The notes under the pieces were generated by a model. It saw only the letters and a program-made list of their open reading frames with translations, ran no database searches and was not told the DNA's origin. This document shows positions 1 through 13,059 of a stretch of 64,000 nucleotides of DNA, piece by piece (the stretch's first letter is position 1; every line of letters starts with the position of its first letter). The stretch spans positions 186,001 to 250,000 of the forward strand of contig OZ237756.1 in NCBI GenBank assembly GCA_965178125.1. The letters are read 5' to 3'. Source of the DNA: Bilabrum cf. latius (taxonomy: Eukaryota). The translations under genes were made by a program, and so were the position numbers.

Positions 1-1
1 C

Positions 2-3000
2 TCCGCGGAGGGGATGGAAGCTGGATTCAACAGACGCGGGAGTATCACAAAGAGGAAAAGCTCGATCGATGCAATGATACAGCCAATCAAGATCCAGATG
101 GACGGCATGTCAGGCGTATCCAAGGTGCATCCGGAGCCAACAACGGCTGGCCGGCACATCACATGGACCAAGCAAACCCCATTCGGTTCTCGCACTGGCG
201 CTTCTCTTGGGCTATAGCACGGGCAGGAAGGGGGCATTAAAGCGTTCATGGGTCCGCTTAGAAAGCAGCGCCATCCTGGAATCGTCCCTGCCGTCTCACA
301 GGAGGGCGATCAGCTCTTGCTGCTCGGTTGCTGCCAGCGAGTCTCTATCGCGGCATGTCCGGCGTTCTACGTCTTTCGGTACATGAAGCTGAGGCGACTG
401 CTGACAAGCAGTGCACCACTCATGACTGCCCGTGGAGTTGCTGGAGACCAGTCGTGTGGCGTCCAGGGCATGATGCGGCAGCGGTCAACCCTAGATAAGG
501 TACGCAGCACCAGGACCGACACGAAGCAGCCCCATGTCGACCCGATCCCGCTTCCGTCCGCTGCTCGCATGCACGGCAGTGACGCAGACCTTTTGGACCT
601 GGCCGAGCTGGAGGACCCGGTGGTCGGCGCTGATATCGGAGAGGGCGTCGCAGTGGGCATGAAATGCGAGAAATTCCATGAAAGGGAGCGTGACATGGGC
701 AAGATGTAGCGAGTCGGCGCTAAAACCGATACCTCCAGTCATGATGCTACCAGTAAAAAAAAATAGGACGATGGCGATGCATCGCGCGCGAGTGCTGATG
801 CAGGCGCCGTAGTGGCGGCGGCAATGCCCAGAACTAGACCATTGGGATTCCAAGAATCTAAGCATCAGCAATCAATCCCTTCTGACAGCTGGTAGCCGAG
901 CGCCGGCTTCTAGAATAGCGCGACCATGGATCCAGGACCACGCAGCGAGCAAAGCGCCAACATGCCCTCGGCACGCAGCATGCGAATACCCTCTGCTCGA
1001 AGCCTAGCGAGCGGTCTTCAAGCGCGGCTGGAGGGTGCTGGGGTCATGAGCCAGCCCAGTGGGACTGGATCATCCCTCACCACTCGAACACAGATCTAGC
1101 GACTCGTGAGGAGCCAGGTGGAGCCGGAGATCCGATCCATCCGGGTCATGGTGCTGGTGCTGGCGGCTGCCGTGGTGTGTCTCGGAGTGGGCGTGGTGCT
1201 GTACATACGACAAGTGACATCGAACGTCATGAACTCCTCCTCGTCGGTCTGGGTCGCGGGGCAGAGGCGCAGCGCGCTGCAGACGGGGCTGGATGCGGTG
1301 CTGTGGCTGAGTCTCCACAGCACTGCTGAGCAAGAGCGAGTATTGGCCGGTGCCAACGATCCGTCCTCGAGGCGGCTGTCCAGGATGTACCTGCCAATGA
1401 ACAGCAAGCTCGATGCCCTCGAGTCACTGCGGAATGCGGCAGGTGAACTAGATGCTGCGCAGACTAGGCTGTTTGAATTCGATGTGGATGAGTCCGTGCG
1501 CGACTTCGAGCAAGTGCAGGCGATGGAGCTGCAGCTGCCCGGACAGCCGGCGGGTGTAGTGCCAACTCGCGTGCCGCTCGCGCAGCACGTGCAGGAGGCG
1601 ATTGCCGCCATGCGGAGAATCGCTCGGGTGCCGCCTGGGAACATTACAGCGGTGCATCCCGACGTGCAGTTCCTGACTCTGAACAGCGACTTCTGGGACA
1701 TGGCCATGGGCCACTCGCTGAACCTAAGGTACTCCGAGTTCTCTGCTCTTTTCCCGCGCACTGTGCGTACCGTGATCATATTCGGGTCTGTCGCCGTGGT
1801 GCTTTACAACGTCGTGGGAGCCGTGTTCTTTGCTGCGCTCGTGCGATCCATTGGCGCGAAAGTACAGTGGTCTCTGAGCACTCTGCTCCTTCTGCCGAGA
1901 CGGTCTGCCAGAAGACTCGCGGGGCAGGCGCGAGTGCAGCTGACTCGACTAGCGAGCGAGATGCAAGGCGGGATGGATTCCGATAGCGAGCAGGATGATG
2001 ATGATGATGATGATGATGAGGCCGAGGTGATCTACAAGGAATAGGACGCTGGGTTCACCAGAAGTGCCACAGGGAGTCGGCGCAGCATGCATGGACACCC
2101 GCAGCATGCTAAGGATCTTCAAGCGAGGCATTCTCAAAGTATTGAAGTCGTCTAGGAAGATAGCGCGCGTCTGCGCACTACGTCTAGCCCAGAGTCTACC
2201 TCCAGGGCCCGAGCAGACTACCTTCTCTCCTCGGTCGATGGGATCTCCCGCGGGGATTCCATGGTGCTCGCTCCTAAAGGGGGGAGCACACCCAGACATG
2301 AATCAGATGGCGCTTCTGAGACCTTCCGGACGCTTGGCTCGCGTGGCAGTCGGGGTTTCCTAGGATCCTTTGCTTCGCGTCAGGCGAAGTACGCCGCGCT
2401 TGATTTGGCCATGAGTAACATACGGGAGTCAACAGACAGCTCGCACTTTCTGCTGCGATCAACCACCTGGCTGCTGCTGCCCATCCTCCTCGTGCTGGCG
2501 TTCATCGTGTCGGTGGTAGTGATGCAGCTGCAGATCACAGACACGATGCTCATGGCCTCCCGCAGAATCATCACCGCGGAATCGCTCGAGTCGCAGCTGG
2601 CTGGATCCACACGTGCGGCCTTGGAGCTGCAATCCGCAGCGGTGCTTTTAAGGAGTCCATCGGTCGTGTCAGGTCATGTGGATCAGGTGGATCTCCGGAT
2701 TCGCAAGGTGGGGGAGATGCAGTCACTTTTGGCCTTTGGGGGCAGCTCCGATCTCGCCAGGATGCTCATGAACAACGCCACGGATGCAGCGCTCCAACTA
2801 GGCGGCATACCAAGGCAGGGAATGCACCTCGTGCCCGTAGTTAGCAACGATGCGCCAGGCGCCGAGACGTCGTTCCGCATTCTGCATCGAGACGCCTGTG
2901 GGCCGACTGCGGCGGCCAACATCACCACAAACGACGTGCTTGGAATGGATGGATCGGATGCACTGCTTGATGCGATCAGTCTGGAGGGCAATGAGCGGCT

Positions 3001-3661
3001 CTTGTATGCCTAGGAGTGCGAGTCCGTGGCCGGAGGGGTGGTGCGAGAGGGTGTGTTGGCAGCCACGGCAAATGTGCTGTTTGACCTTAGGCAAGCGGTC
3101 TATGCAGTGCGAGTAGATCTGAACGGATCGAATATCTAGTCTCCCAGTGCACCTCCCGTCGTTGCCAATGCCAGCGGCGCGGATGCGTCGTCGCAGTGGA
3201 TGTCCTCAAGCACTCTCGGAGCGCTGGCCGACAGTAGGCAGCGTGCTAGAGCCATCGTACATCCTTACCTCCTTCGTGCCGTCGCGACGCTGCGGACGGT
3301 GTTCTTCCTGTCCACCAAGGAGGTCGCTCGGCACGAGGAGCAGCTTGTGGAGACCACGTCGTGGGTCTTCGTGGGTGTCTTCCTCCTCGCCTCTTTGCTG
3401 TACTGGCCAGCAATCGCCAGCCTGAACGAGCCGCTGGCTGCGGCGAGGCAGATCCTGGCGCTGATCCCGCAGCAAACGATCGCGAGGAATGCCGTGCTTA
3501 AGTTCGGGCTGCAGCAAATTGCCAGGCAGCAGACACGTGTGGCGATGTCGCACGGGCAGGGCCGGGGCTCCGGGGTGTCACCGAGCGAGCCGGTGCGGGA
3601 CATCGGAGGGGCGTCGGTGTCTCAGCGTGGCGGCCGTGTCAGCATATAGGAAGTCGCTTGA
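2..3661 (+). CDS. 5'-truncated multipass membrane protein resembling the C-terminal half of TmcB/TmcC-like PAS-domain membrane proteins
   Basis: ORFs 14, 248, 1106, 2261 and 3200 share one frame and are separated only by TAG (215, 707, 764, 893, 911, 1097, 2042, 2153, 3011, 3137, 3647). The first other stop is TGA 3659-3661. Paired hydrophobic helices alternate with long polar linkers. The terminal TM followed by ILALIPQQTIARN resembles the family C-terminus. The family call is an inference. Confidence 0.7.
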
Positions 3662-4069
3662 GGTTTCAGCATCGCGGTGGGGTCGTACATCCGGATCGAT
3701 CGTGCGGGATTCGTGCCCTGTTTGACCGCGTCGACAAGCTCATTTTTGGCAACAGGTGTAGTCCGACTTGTAAACCGAGTAGGTTAGTTGCCTTTTTCGT
3801 TTCGCGGTGGAAATTCATCCTGCCATTTCTGCGTTCAGGAATTGTGAGTACCTTTGTCTAGAGACAATGCATGATTTTTGACATCAATTTCCAACCATCT
3901 AATCATGGTAGCACAGCGACACGAGCGCGACGGGGTCTGCGATGCGGATCGGCAAGCCGACCCACTACACGAATCTGACCAGAAAGATTAGACTCCAGAG
4001 TCCGGACTCCGGACACCATGACAGGCTTTACAATTGGATGCGATCTATTCCACCTCATATCGCAGCCAT

Positions 4070-7000
4070 TTAAGCGGGTACACGGCTGCCGACGCTGGCA
4101 ACTAGTAACACTGTCGCACTGCCCAACCACACCACTGCCCCAGCTAGCGCAGCCACAACTAGCGCAGCAGCAGCACAGGGCGCCAATGCGGTCGCAACGC
4201 CCCACGCAATCCACTGAAGCACAAGAACCGCGACGGGCGCATCCACCTGCCTCACGTCCTGCCAGTGCCCCGCGGTGCCCGCCACGAGGCTCCAGAGCAC
4301 GGCCCCGCCCGACCACGCCCAGGCCAGCCGCACCCCGGCTACAACTATCGGTCCGAGCTCGCCAATCGGAATGGCATGCATCGCAACGCAGCTGGTTTTC
4401 GTGGGGAGGCATCCGTTGGCTTGCGGGGCACTCGCACTCGCAGGCGCATCTACTGCAATCCCCGGTGTGAGCACTCGATCGAGCTCACCACGAAGCGCCA
4501 GCTCCACCAGAACAGCAACAAATCCAGCCGCAACATGCTGCAAGCATTGTATTGCACGGTGCCTTGCACGGCCAGAGAGCTGCATGGCTGCGACAAGTGC
4601 GAACTGTCCCAGCAGCATGCCCGCGAAGAGTGCCACCAGCGCTGTCTGGGCTCCCCTGCCCGCGAACTTGGTTTGGGCAGCGCACTGAGCGATGGAGGGG
4701 ACGGGAGGTGCTGCAGCGCGCACTTGGGCAGATGGCTACGGGGACCTCTGTCGATCAACAGCGTCACCGCCACCCTCGTGCTGATCTGTGCCTCGACCTC
4801 CTCTCTGCTGCTCCGTCGCATCGGCTGCAGTGACTCCATCACCGGCATTGGCAGTTGCTGTGTCCTCGTCGTTACCGCCATCCTGATCACCGCCCCCATT
4901 TCCATCAACAGCATTCTAGCCACCGTTGGAGTCACCATCTTTTGCGCCGCCCTCTGCAAGCATTCTTGTCGGGTCGTCGCCGGCGCGGCCATCCTCGTCT
5001 GCATCACCATTCCCACCGGTGTCTGCTGGCCCAGCAGGCTATTCCAAGCCAACAGTATCGGTTTCCTGGTCCGCAGCTTGAGCATCTGAACCTCCGCTGC
5101 CAGCCCCACCCTAAACCTTTCTCGACCGCACCCTACGACTCGATCGACTCTTCAAGTGCCCCCTGCGCCGCTTATCACCTGCCCGACCACCACCATCACG
5201 ACCTTGGCCACGCCTGCGGCTGGCTCGGCGCACCACGGGGCTAGGCTCCTCCTCCTCGTCCTCATCTCCATCTCCCTACATGCCGTCGCTGTCCTCTTCA
5301 CGATGCCTCCTGCCACCACCCTGCGCCTTGCCAGCCTGCACTTCCTCCTCCTCCTCCTCCTAAGTGTCCTCGTTCGCAGATTCGTCCTGCTTCTCGCCAT
5401 ATTCTGCTCCGGACGATCCGGACGGGGGACTGCCGTTCTGCTCAGCTACCAGCGCTCCCACCACCAGCACGTTCGTGGGCTGCACCTGCTCCGGATCATT
5501 GGCAGCCGAGTTGCCGGAAGCGAGGCCAGCTGCCGCAGCGGGAGCCACGCCATCACTCGGGCTTCTGCGGCGCCGTGTCCCTGAAGCAACGGCAGGATCA
5601 TCACCTCGCCCAGTCAGTGGATCGGTTGCACCAGTACCGGAGCCTGTTTTATCACCAGGCAGCAGAGCGCGCTTGGCAGTGCTTCCACCACCGCTTGCGA
5701 CACCCTCTCTCATCCGAATCCCGAGTATCTGCACGCTGGCATGCAGCACAAGGGCCAGCCATCCGCCCAGCACGATACACGTCAGCAGCTGACTCCAACC
5801 GGGTTCAGACACGACGGACAAAGTCCACGTGACAAACTACCACAGGGTGCCAGTCACTGACATGATGAACTTCCACTAAGACAGGGCCCAACCTGTCCAC
5901 GATCGAGCCAACGAGCCCGAAATGACCCGAGCAGATCGCGCGGCTGCGTCACCATCCCGCCGTTCGCCTGATTCCGCAAGCTGCATTGCACTGCTCTGGT
6001 CGTTTTGCACCGCTACAACTACCGCCCACGCGCATATGACCGAAGCGCAGAGCCATGCCAGCCGGCGTGTCACCTAAGCTACGCCGCCAGCAACAGTCAC
6101 GATCACGGCGATACACCGTGCAAACCAGCCTCCACCCTGCTCAGGTGCAGCGGCTGCACCGTCCTATGCTGCATTTCCGGCAGCGTTCTGTCCATCGCCA
6201 TTGCCTTGTCCCTGCCCACGTCGGCAGCAGCACGCCGCAGCACGCAACAGACGGGTGACCCAGCCGGCCGCGTCCGACGCATACCGCACCACCAGAATGC
6301 AAGCGCCTCCAGCAGCACCGCAGGCCCACGCAATCCACCCGAGCAAGCCCAGCCCGAGCCCCGCGAGGAGGTCGGCCCAGCTGCTCGCACCCAGCAGTCG
6401 CAACAGCAAGCGCTGCGCGTTCCATAGAACCATGACCAGGAGCAAGCTCGTCACATTCAGCAGCATCGCACGGAGCGTGCTACCGCTGGACGCGCCAGCG
6501 CTGCCCAAGTGCTCCTCTTGCTCGTCTCCTTCCACTTGCTCTAGCGATGGCTGCATCATAGAAGATGGCAAGCCACTGAATAACAGCCCACCCCCTCGCA
6601 ATCTTCCACCAGCAATCGACAGCCCGTCATCCCCCTCCTCCTATTCTAAATCAGCTGATACCGGCAAGACACTGCCCACCTACTGCCACCGCGCTAGCCT
6701 CACGAGCGAACTGAGCACCAGCAGCAGCACGCCAATCGAGAAGCTTGGGCGCACGGCGCTTGGGCTGTACGGGTATCCCACCGCCCTCCTAATGTGTTCC
6801 CTAATTCCGAATTGCCGCCGCTCGGCACCAACGGGGTGCAGAGACCAGGTGCTGCTGGCCCGCCCCAGCACGTCTGCCTCAGCAGAAGCGAGGCAGGCCC
6901 TCCCGGCGCTGGCCAGCTCCGGGTCCAGGACGCACAGTGCACTGCATGCAACCTGCAGGGCCACGCCGGGTAGGGTAGTGCAGGACCTGTCCGCGACTCC

Positions 7001-9952
7001 GATCGACGACGAGGCATCGTCCCCGGGCGAGCTGCTGGGCTCAGCCAGCCCGATCTGCTGCAGCACGCCGATGCCCCCGTCAGTGCCCCTGCCTCCCCCA
7101 TCATTACCACCATCACCCTACCCTGCTTCCTGCACGACACCAGGGGGCGGGACAGGCGGTCCCTCCTCCTCCTGCTCTGGATCTGGCTGGGGCATGGGCG
7201 GGAGATCGGCGGTCTTCTCCGGCATCATGGGCGAGAGGACCTGCTGCCACCCCTCCTGCAACACGAAGGGGGGCGAGAGCACGCGATGGGCGCGGAACTC
7301 ATCCGGGTAGGACACGACCACGTCACCGTGTCCGATGGAAGTCGAGTATCCCATGGCGGACCGCAGGCACTGCATCCAGAGGGCGTGCTCCTGATCTTTG
7401 TATCCATCCTGGATCAGCTTGGCCCAAGTGGGCAGCGGCAGCGGCCAGGCAGCCTCCTGCAGCACCTCCCTGCGGCGAGATGCCCTGTCCTCCAGCGAGG
7501 TCTTGTCCTTGCCCTTGCGACCCGTGGCACCCAGCTCTGCTCCCAGAGTCCACGCCATGCTGAAGAAGATCACGCGGTCGCTGACGCCCTCATCCGGCTG
7601 GTACTCGGCCCCATCCGCCTTGCTCCTGCCTCGCTTGGCGGCCGGCCCGTGTTCCCGAGACCCGTGGTAGGCGGCAAACTGCCCCCGCTGCCACACCAAG
7701 AACTCGTCCTACGCTAGGAGAGGCGTGTCGGCTGCCTCACTGCCACTTTTTCTGTTGCTGCCGGCGGATGCATCCCCTGACGAAGCCGCTCCATGGGTGT
7801 GCCAGCGGAATGCAGACTCCAGGTAGAGTGCGGCCACCTGCAGCGATAGACACAGTGCCGTGCAGGCTGCAACCGCCGCGGGAAGAAGCAGTGCCTCATT
7901 CAGAGGCATGGGAGTTCCCGACATCCAAGTGGCCAGCACGAGGCTTGGTGACTCGGACCACATCGAGCCCGAAGCAACTGGGCGTGCTTGGGCCAGGAAG
8001 ACTGCTGGAAGAGGCAAGAAGCAGTCCACAGCAATGCCCAACAGCACCCCAATCCCAGCAGCAGGAGCAGCCCCTCTCACGCCAACTGGAATCAGGCGGG
8101 TAGTTCCTTCAACATGCCCCGTCCTGCGCCACCTGGCCACCGCCTGCAGCGACACCCATGCGAGGCCCATCGACACCCCGAGGGCTGCGAGGACACCGGC
8201 GTGCCGGTGCCCCACCTCGCCCTCGATCGCCCACAAGGACCCTGCACCCAGCCCAGCAACCGTCCCTGCCACCACGACCCCAGGAAGCAGCCCAGTACCC
8301 ACGAGCACGGGCCTCCAAGTGTACCACACGACCGACAAAGAGGCACCTGTGAGCGCCCAACCAAGTGCCCCACCTGCAGCACTTGCCATGAACCACGAGC
8401 CACTGGAAGAAGACTGGCCTGCATCTTCCTCGCCCATGCTTGTACTTACAGTCCCAAACCCCTTCTAATCACCACCTAGATCATCACCTAGATCGCCGCC
8501 GAGGCCCCAGGGCAGCCTGGCGCACACCAGCACGTCCCAGGCAGGCCACAGCAGGAGCAGCCCGAGCAACGCCCCGATGGCTGCCGCAAGCGGAACCACT
8601 ACAATGCCGCGGCGCCGCGCAGCCCTGTGCATGACCTCCCCTAGAAACCTCCTGGAGTGGAACCACACCGATGCGAGCGGGAAGTGGTGCTGCAGCCTCA
8701 GCTCCATGCACCAGTGCACCGGGGACAATGCGTGCCACACGGAGCACAGGGAGGTCCACGAGCCGATGGCCAGCAGCACGTTCAGCAGCAGCGGAGCAAC
8801 GGCCCATGGGTCATCACGCGCATCCTCCCACGTGCTGGGGAACACACTGCGACCGGTTGCAACCTGCGGGATACCAATGGCCGCCCCCCTCCACAGGGTG
8901 CCCCACAGAGCAGTCAGCTGGTGGTCCATGCGCTGCTCTTCCGGAGCCAAGCATGCTCGCAGGAGCAGCAGCAGGATGATGACGGCAGGGATGTGCCAGA
9001 ACAGCATTGCCCCGGTGCTGGTGGACACCTGCACGAAGGCTGCGGAGTAGGCAGGCGAGCAATAGAGCCGAAGGACGGTTTGGGATTGGGATTGGGATGA
9101 GACACGGCTTGTCAAGGGGAGACTCAACCGATGACCGCAAAGAGAGCACACAAAAACACAGAGCGAGCAAAAAATAAATAAAGGAAAGCATCGTGCCTCA
9201 CGCCGCATCCTGGGTCCCTCGTCGGGGTCGTCAGCATCGTGGAGCTTGTCAGCGGGTATCGCCAGCAGGCGGGGGATAGCCCTGGTTCCCTGACGAACGT
9301 TCGCTGCGGGAGGGCACGCGCGCTGGCAGAATACCTGTGAGGGGACCACCACGTCTCCTCTCGGCGTGAGCAGGAGGTGGCTTGCGACCAGCCCGCTGGC
9401 CTGGTATCCCATGGGCGGAGCGCTGCAGGTCACGGAGCGGATAGCGACCTCCACGTTCTGCCGGGCGCGGCCGTCGCTTGCGTTGAATCTGATACGATCA
9501 GGTGCAGTTCTCCAGAACATGGGGACGAGGAGCGTGTCCACAAGCTCGGCTGGGAGCAAATGCCTGATCCAGCCGATGCTCGCCTGCACGGCTCCTGCGA
9601 TGCCGCTGCGGCGGCGGATCGAGGTGCGCAGCTCCAATTCACAAACGTCCTGGGCTGCACCCCCGGCAGAACCGCCTGATTTCTCCCACCTAACGTTCGG
9701 CGGGGGAGGTTTCTTGCTATCTTCAAGGGAGAGGTGATCCAGATCGACTCCATCCATGACTAGGCGAGCGAGCTGTGCCATGAGTTCATCATTCCAGGCC
9801 TATCCCCTTCCGATAACGTACCGATGGTACAAGTTTAATGCCATGTTGCTGCCGATTTCATCGGGAATCTCGTTCATCACGCCCATCTCGCGGAATGCCA
9901 AGTACGGTTCCTTGCTAACCTCGTAAACCTTTCCATCTCCAACAGCAGCCAT
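4070..9952 (-). CDS. Large (~1900 aa) multipass membrane protein of unknown function
   Basis: Minus-strand ORFs ending at 8465, 7709, 7118, 6680, 6164, 5876, 5360 and 4070 are all in one frame and joined by ~16 TAGs. The gene ends at TAA 4072-4070. Probable 162-nt intron 9201-9040 (GTGAG...CTCCGCAG, T-rich). Many TM segments with acidic, Gly-rich linkers. The start (ATG 9952) is uncertain. Confidence 0.7.
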
Positions 9953-10165
9953 AGCTCCGTATACGTACGGTAAATCCACCCAGAATAATTGTGCGTATTT
10001 GAAGCCCTGCCGCGGCTGTCGGCTAGTAGATTCGATTGATCAAGCACCACTGGCAACGGTTGGCAGACAAACCGGAACCGACCCAGAGCAGGCCGCCAAA
10101 TAGACTAGTAGTCCATGTACACGCCGGCGGATTGCGCCCCGTCATACTTCGTGCTAGCCACAGCT

Positions 10166-12756
10166 TTACAGCTTACCACCACCTGCCCCAGCTACTGCTT
10201 CCATCCTCATCACCACCAGTTGCTTCAGCCCCAGGTACCGCTTCAGCGCCCGCAGGAAAGTGGGCCTCTGCATCAGGTCCGGCCACACCGACGACGACAG
10301 CCTCACGAGGAACAGCGGAGCCACGGTGAGAGGAGGCAGCTCCCCGTGCTCCACCACGGCCTGGCTCTGGCTCGAGCTGGATCGCTTCGAGTCGCTGCCG
10401 TTGGTAGTGCTGGTCTCCCAGGCGATGCCCCCGCCACCAGAAGATCTGGCACCAGTCGTGGATGTAGTCTTCACCCCGGTACCATCCGCGCCAGCTGCTT
10501 GCTCGTGGTCGCTGCTGTGGTTGTTTGCTCGAGCCTCCCTTCCTGTTGTATGCCTCTCTCCCTCAGCTTCCGACTAGCTTGACCTAATCGCACGCCCCTT
10601 GCTCACAAAGATAGCGTCCACGGGCTCCAGTCTCACCAGGTCCAGCAGCTTGCGCATGTGGGCGGCCTTCCGAGACTACCCTGCCACATTGGCTGGGTCG
10701 TTCTAGGCATCCGGATGATCAGTGCGCCCCCTGCCTTTTCCTCGTTCGGCCCTGGACCGGTTGGCCTCCGGCTCCGTGCTGTCTGCTTCCGGATCCTCAC
10801 GACCAGACACCTCGCCTGCCTTTGGCGCCTTATCACCCATGCGAAGGCCGGGCGTGAGACCGCCACCGGTACGGGCACCCGCGCCAGCGCCCCTGCTGGA
10901 AGTGCTTGGGGCTGCCAACCATTGAGCATGCAGCTTCACGCCCGATTGAGAATTAATTGCGTTTGCCGAACCATCATGCCGCTCTACTTTTCCCTACACA
11001 TACGACCTGGCGAGTCCAGTGGCCACAGACGAGGCAGCTTGCGCGCACTCATCACCCACAGCGGCAGGAAGGGTCTCCGTTATACAAGCAGGCGCGCTTG
11101 AGGCAGCTTGCGGCTCCGTGAATGGTCTGCAACTGGCAGTTTCCGCCGCTCGGGGCGGGCTCGCTGCTGCAATCGCCTCAGATTGTGTTGCTTTTGTACG
11201 TGGGAAGGCCCAGCTTCCCATTGGTTTCTCACGCTTTCCAAGCCTCACATGACTTGAACTTTCTTCGACCTTCGAGCGAGTCAAATTGACTACATCCACA
11301 AGCGGCTCGCTATGCACCCTGGGCTGTGGCCTATCTTGCTGCTTCTTTGCTATCGGATTGGTAGGGCCCGGCGAGAGCAAAGACCTCGACACTGCCACTC
11401 GGTGCTTCCAACTGCTGCCGCCGAGCAAGCCAGAGCCAGTCCCACCTTCTTGTGATTCGATTGTCTTCGAAGCCCGAATCTGTGAAAGAGCTATACTGGG
11501 GAATTTGGGCGGTTGCCTCGGGAACTCGTACCCGAAGCTGCCGTGGTCGTCAGCAATCTCCCAGTTACTCTACTAGTATCGGTTGGTTCCGTGCATGCTG
11601 GCCGACGCTGAGGCCCTGCTTCCCTTTAAGCAAGAACGGGGCAGTCCGTGCAGCTCAGAGAGCTCCCTAGTGTATGAAAAACCGGCGAGCGAATCCAAGG
11701 TGCTGGCGTCTGGGGCCGTGGACACACGGTTCGCACTTGGCCTTGTGCTTCCCGGAGGAGCCTCGGCGATCATCATAGAGCCCTCACTCGTCTTGGACAG
11801 ACTGAAGTGCATGTTCTGATTCCTGACTCGTGCGATGCGAGCTCCCTAGCATGCCATGCATGCATGCCCAGCTCCGCCAACGCCTCCACTCTCCGTCTCT
11901 ACCTAGGACAGGTTCAGGAACGGTCCAGCCGCCGACATACTGCCGAACGACGAGCCCAAGCTCCTCAGAATCGAGTCAACTGCTACGATGAGAAATTTGG
12001 CAGATCCTCTTGGTATCTCAGCCCCGCGTGGTTCAGTCCGGGGTGGGTCGCCACCGTTCAAGCTTAGCATCGACACCTGGCTCGGTAGCGAAGCAGCTGG
12101 ACCCTAGTTCCAGCCGTCAATATCTCCCAAACCATCACGCAAAATACATGGGGCAGTTACTTGGAGCCGCGATGCAATGCTGCGTAGCTGGTCTAGGCAT
12201 ACGTGGTGAACACGGTTCTCAGTTGTCCCATCGTGTGCTCCACCGAGCTGAACCCGGAGCTGATCCGCCGCAGCCCTGGCGTTTCGAGAGATATGCCAAT
12301 TGACACTATCGAACCATTTCTGCATGGTTTCCTGCTCGCGTTGCCGGGGAGCGAACAACACCGAACGACTACTGTCCGCAACCGGGACCGCGAGTACCCA
12401 GAAGCACACGCCTGGGTCTAATTCCGTCCAGGATGGATGCACATCGTATTTAATTGCAGTTGCTTTTGATATATTGGGCCTGCAAAGAAATATGTTAGCG
12501 GCCATAAAGCTGGATCTTCGAGCGAAGTACTTCTGCTCGGTTGGGGCTTGCTTGGCAATCAGTATCCGCCAGTGAACGTTTGCGAGCTTACCCATTTGTA
12601 CCAGGCTTGGGTGACTAAATATTGTACTTGAGCTCCTACGAAATGAAGACATAGCCGAGAACGGGAAAGCGTTGGTTGGCGAGAGCGGACAGCTGGAGAG
12701 TGAGAAGGCACAGACAGGCTTACCCCGGCATCCATGGAGGAGCTACAACATCCCAT
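10166..12756 (-). CDS. ~796-aa hypothetical protein with N-terminal MGCC myristoylation/palmitoylation signal
   Basis: Exons 12756-12724 (MGCCSSSMDAG), 12635-12592 (ELKYNI*SPKPGTNG) and 12479-10166. Both donors are GTAAG, and intron 2 ends GCTAAC...TTTCTTTGCAG. The splice phases join into the long frame. About 10 internal TAGs; ends at TAA. Confidence 0.65.
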
Positions 12757-13059
12757 CCCGAGCCAGGATCAGTAAAATATAGGCAACCACTTCTTTATTG
12801 CGACCTTAGCCAGGTACGGATGTGGGGCAGTGGCCGTAGTCACTATCGGCGCGATGTGACCTGTCGCGCCGACCACCTAGAGCGCTTTTGGGGGCTTCAT
12901 CTTCATATTTAGAGACTACACAAGTTGTGTTATAATGGTTAGCGTGGCTTGATTGTGAAGCAATTGCATACCCTCAATTGTAAAATGAATCAATTGGATG
13001 TCCTTTTATCTGCCTGCACTTTTGCGTCATGCGCTGATGACCCAGTGGCAGCCAGGCCA

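Noticed and set aside
9080-9097. (TTGGGA)3 telomere-like repeat
   Set aside because: Only three units, within a putative intron, so a simple microsatellite.
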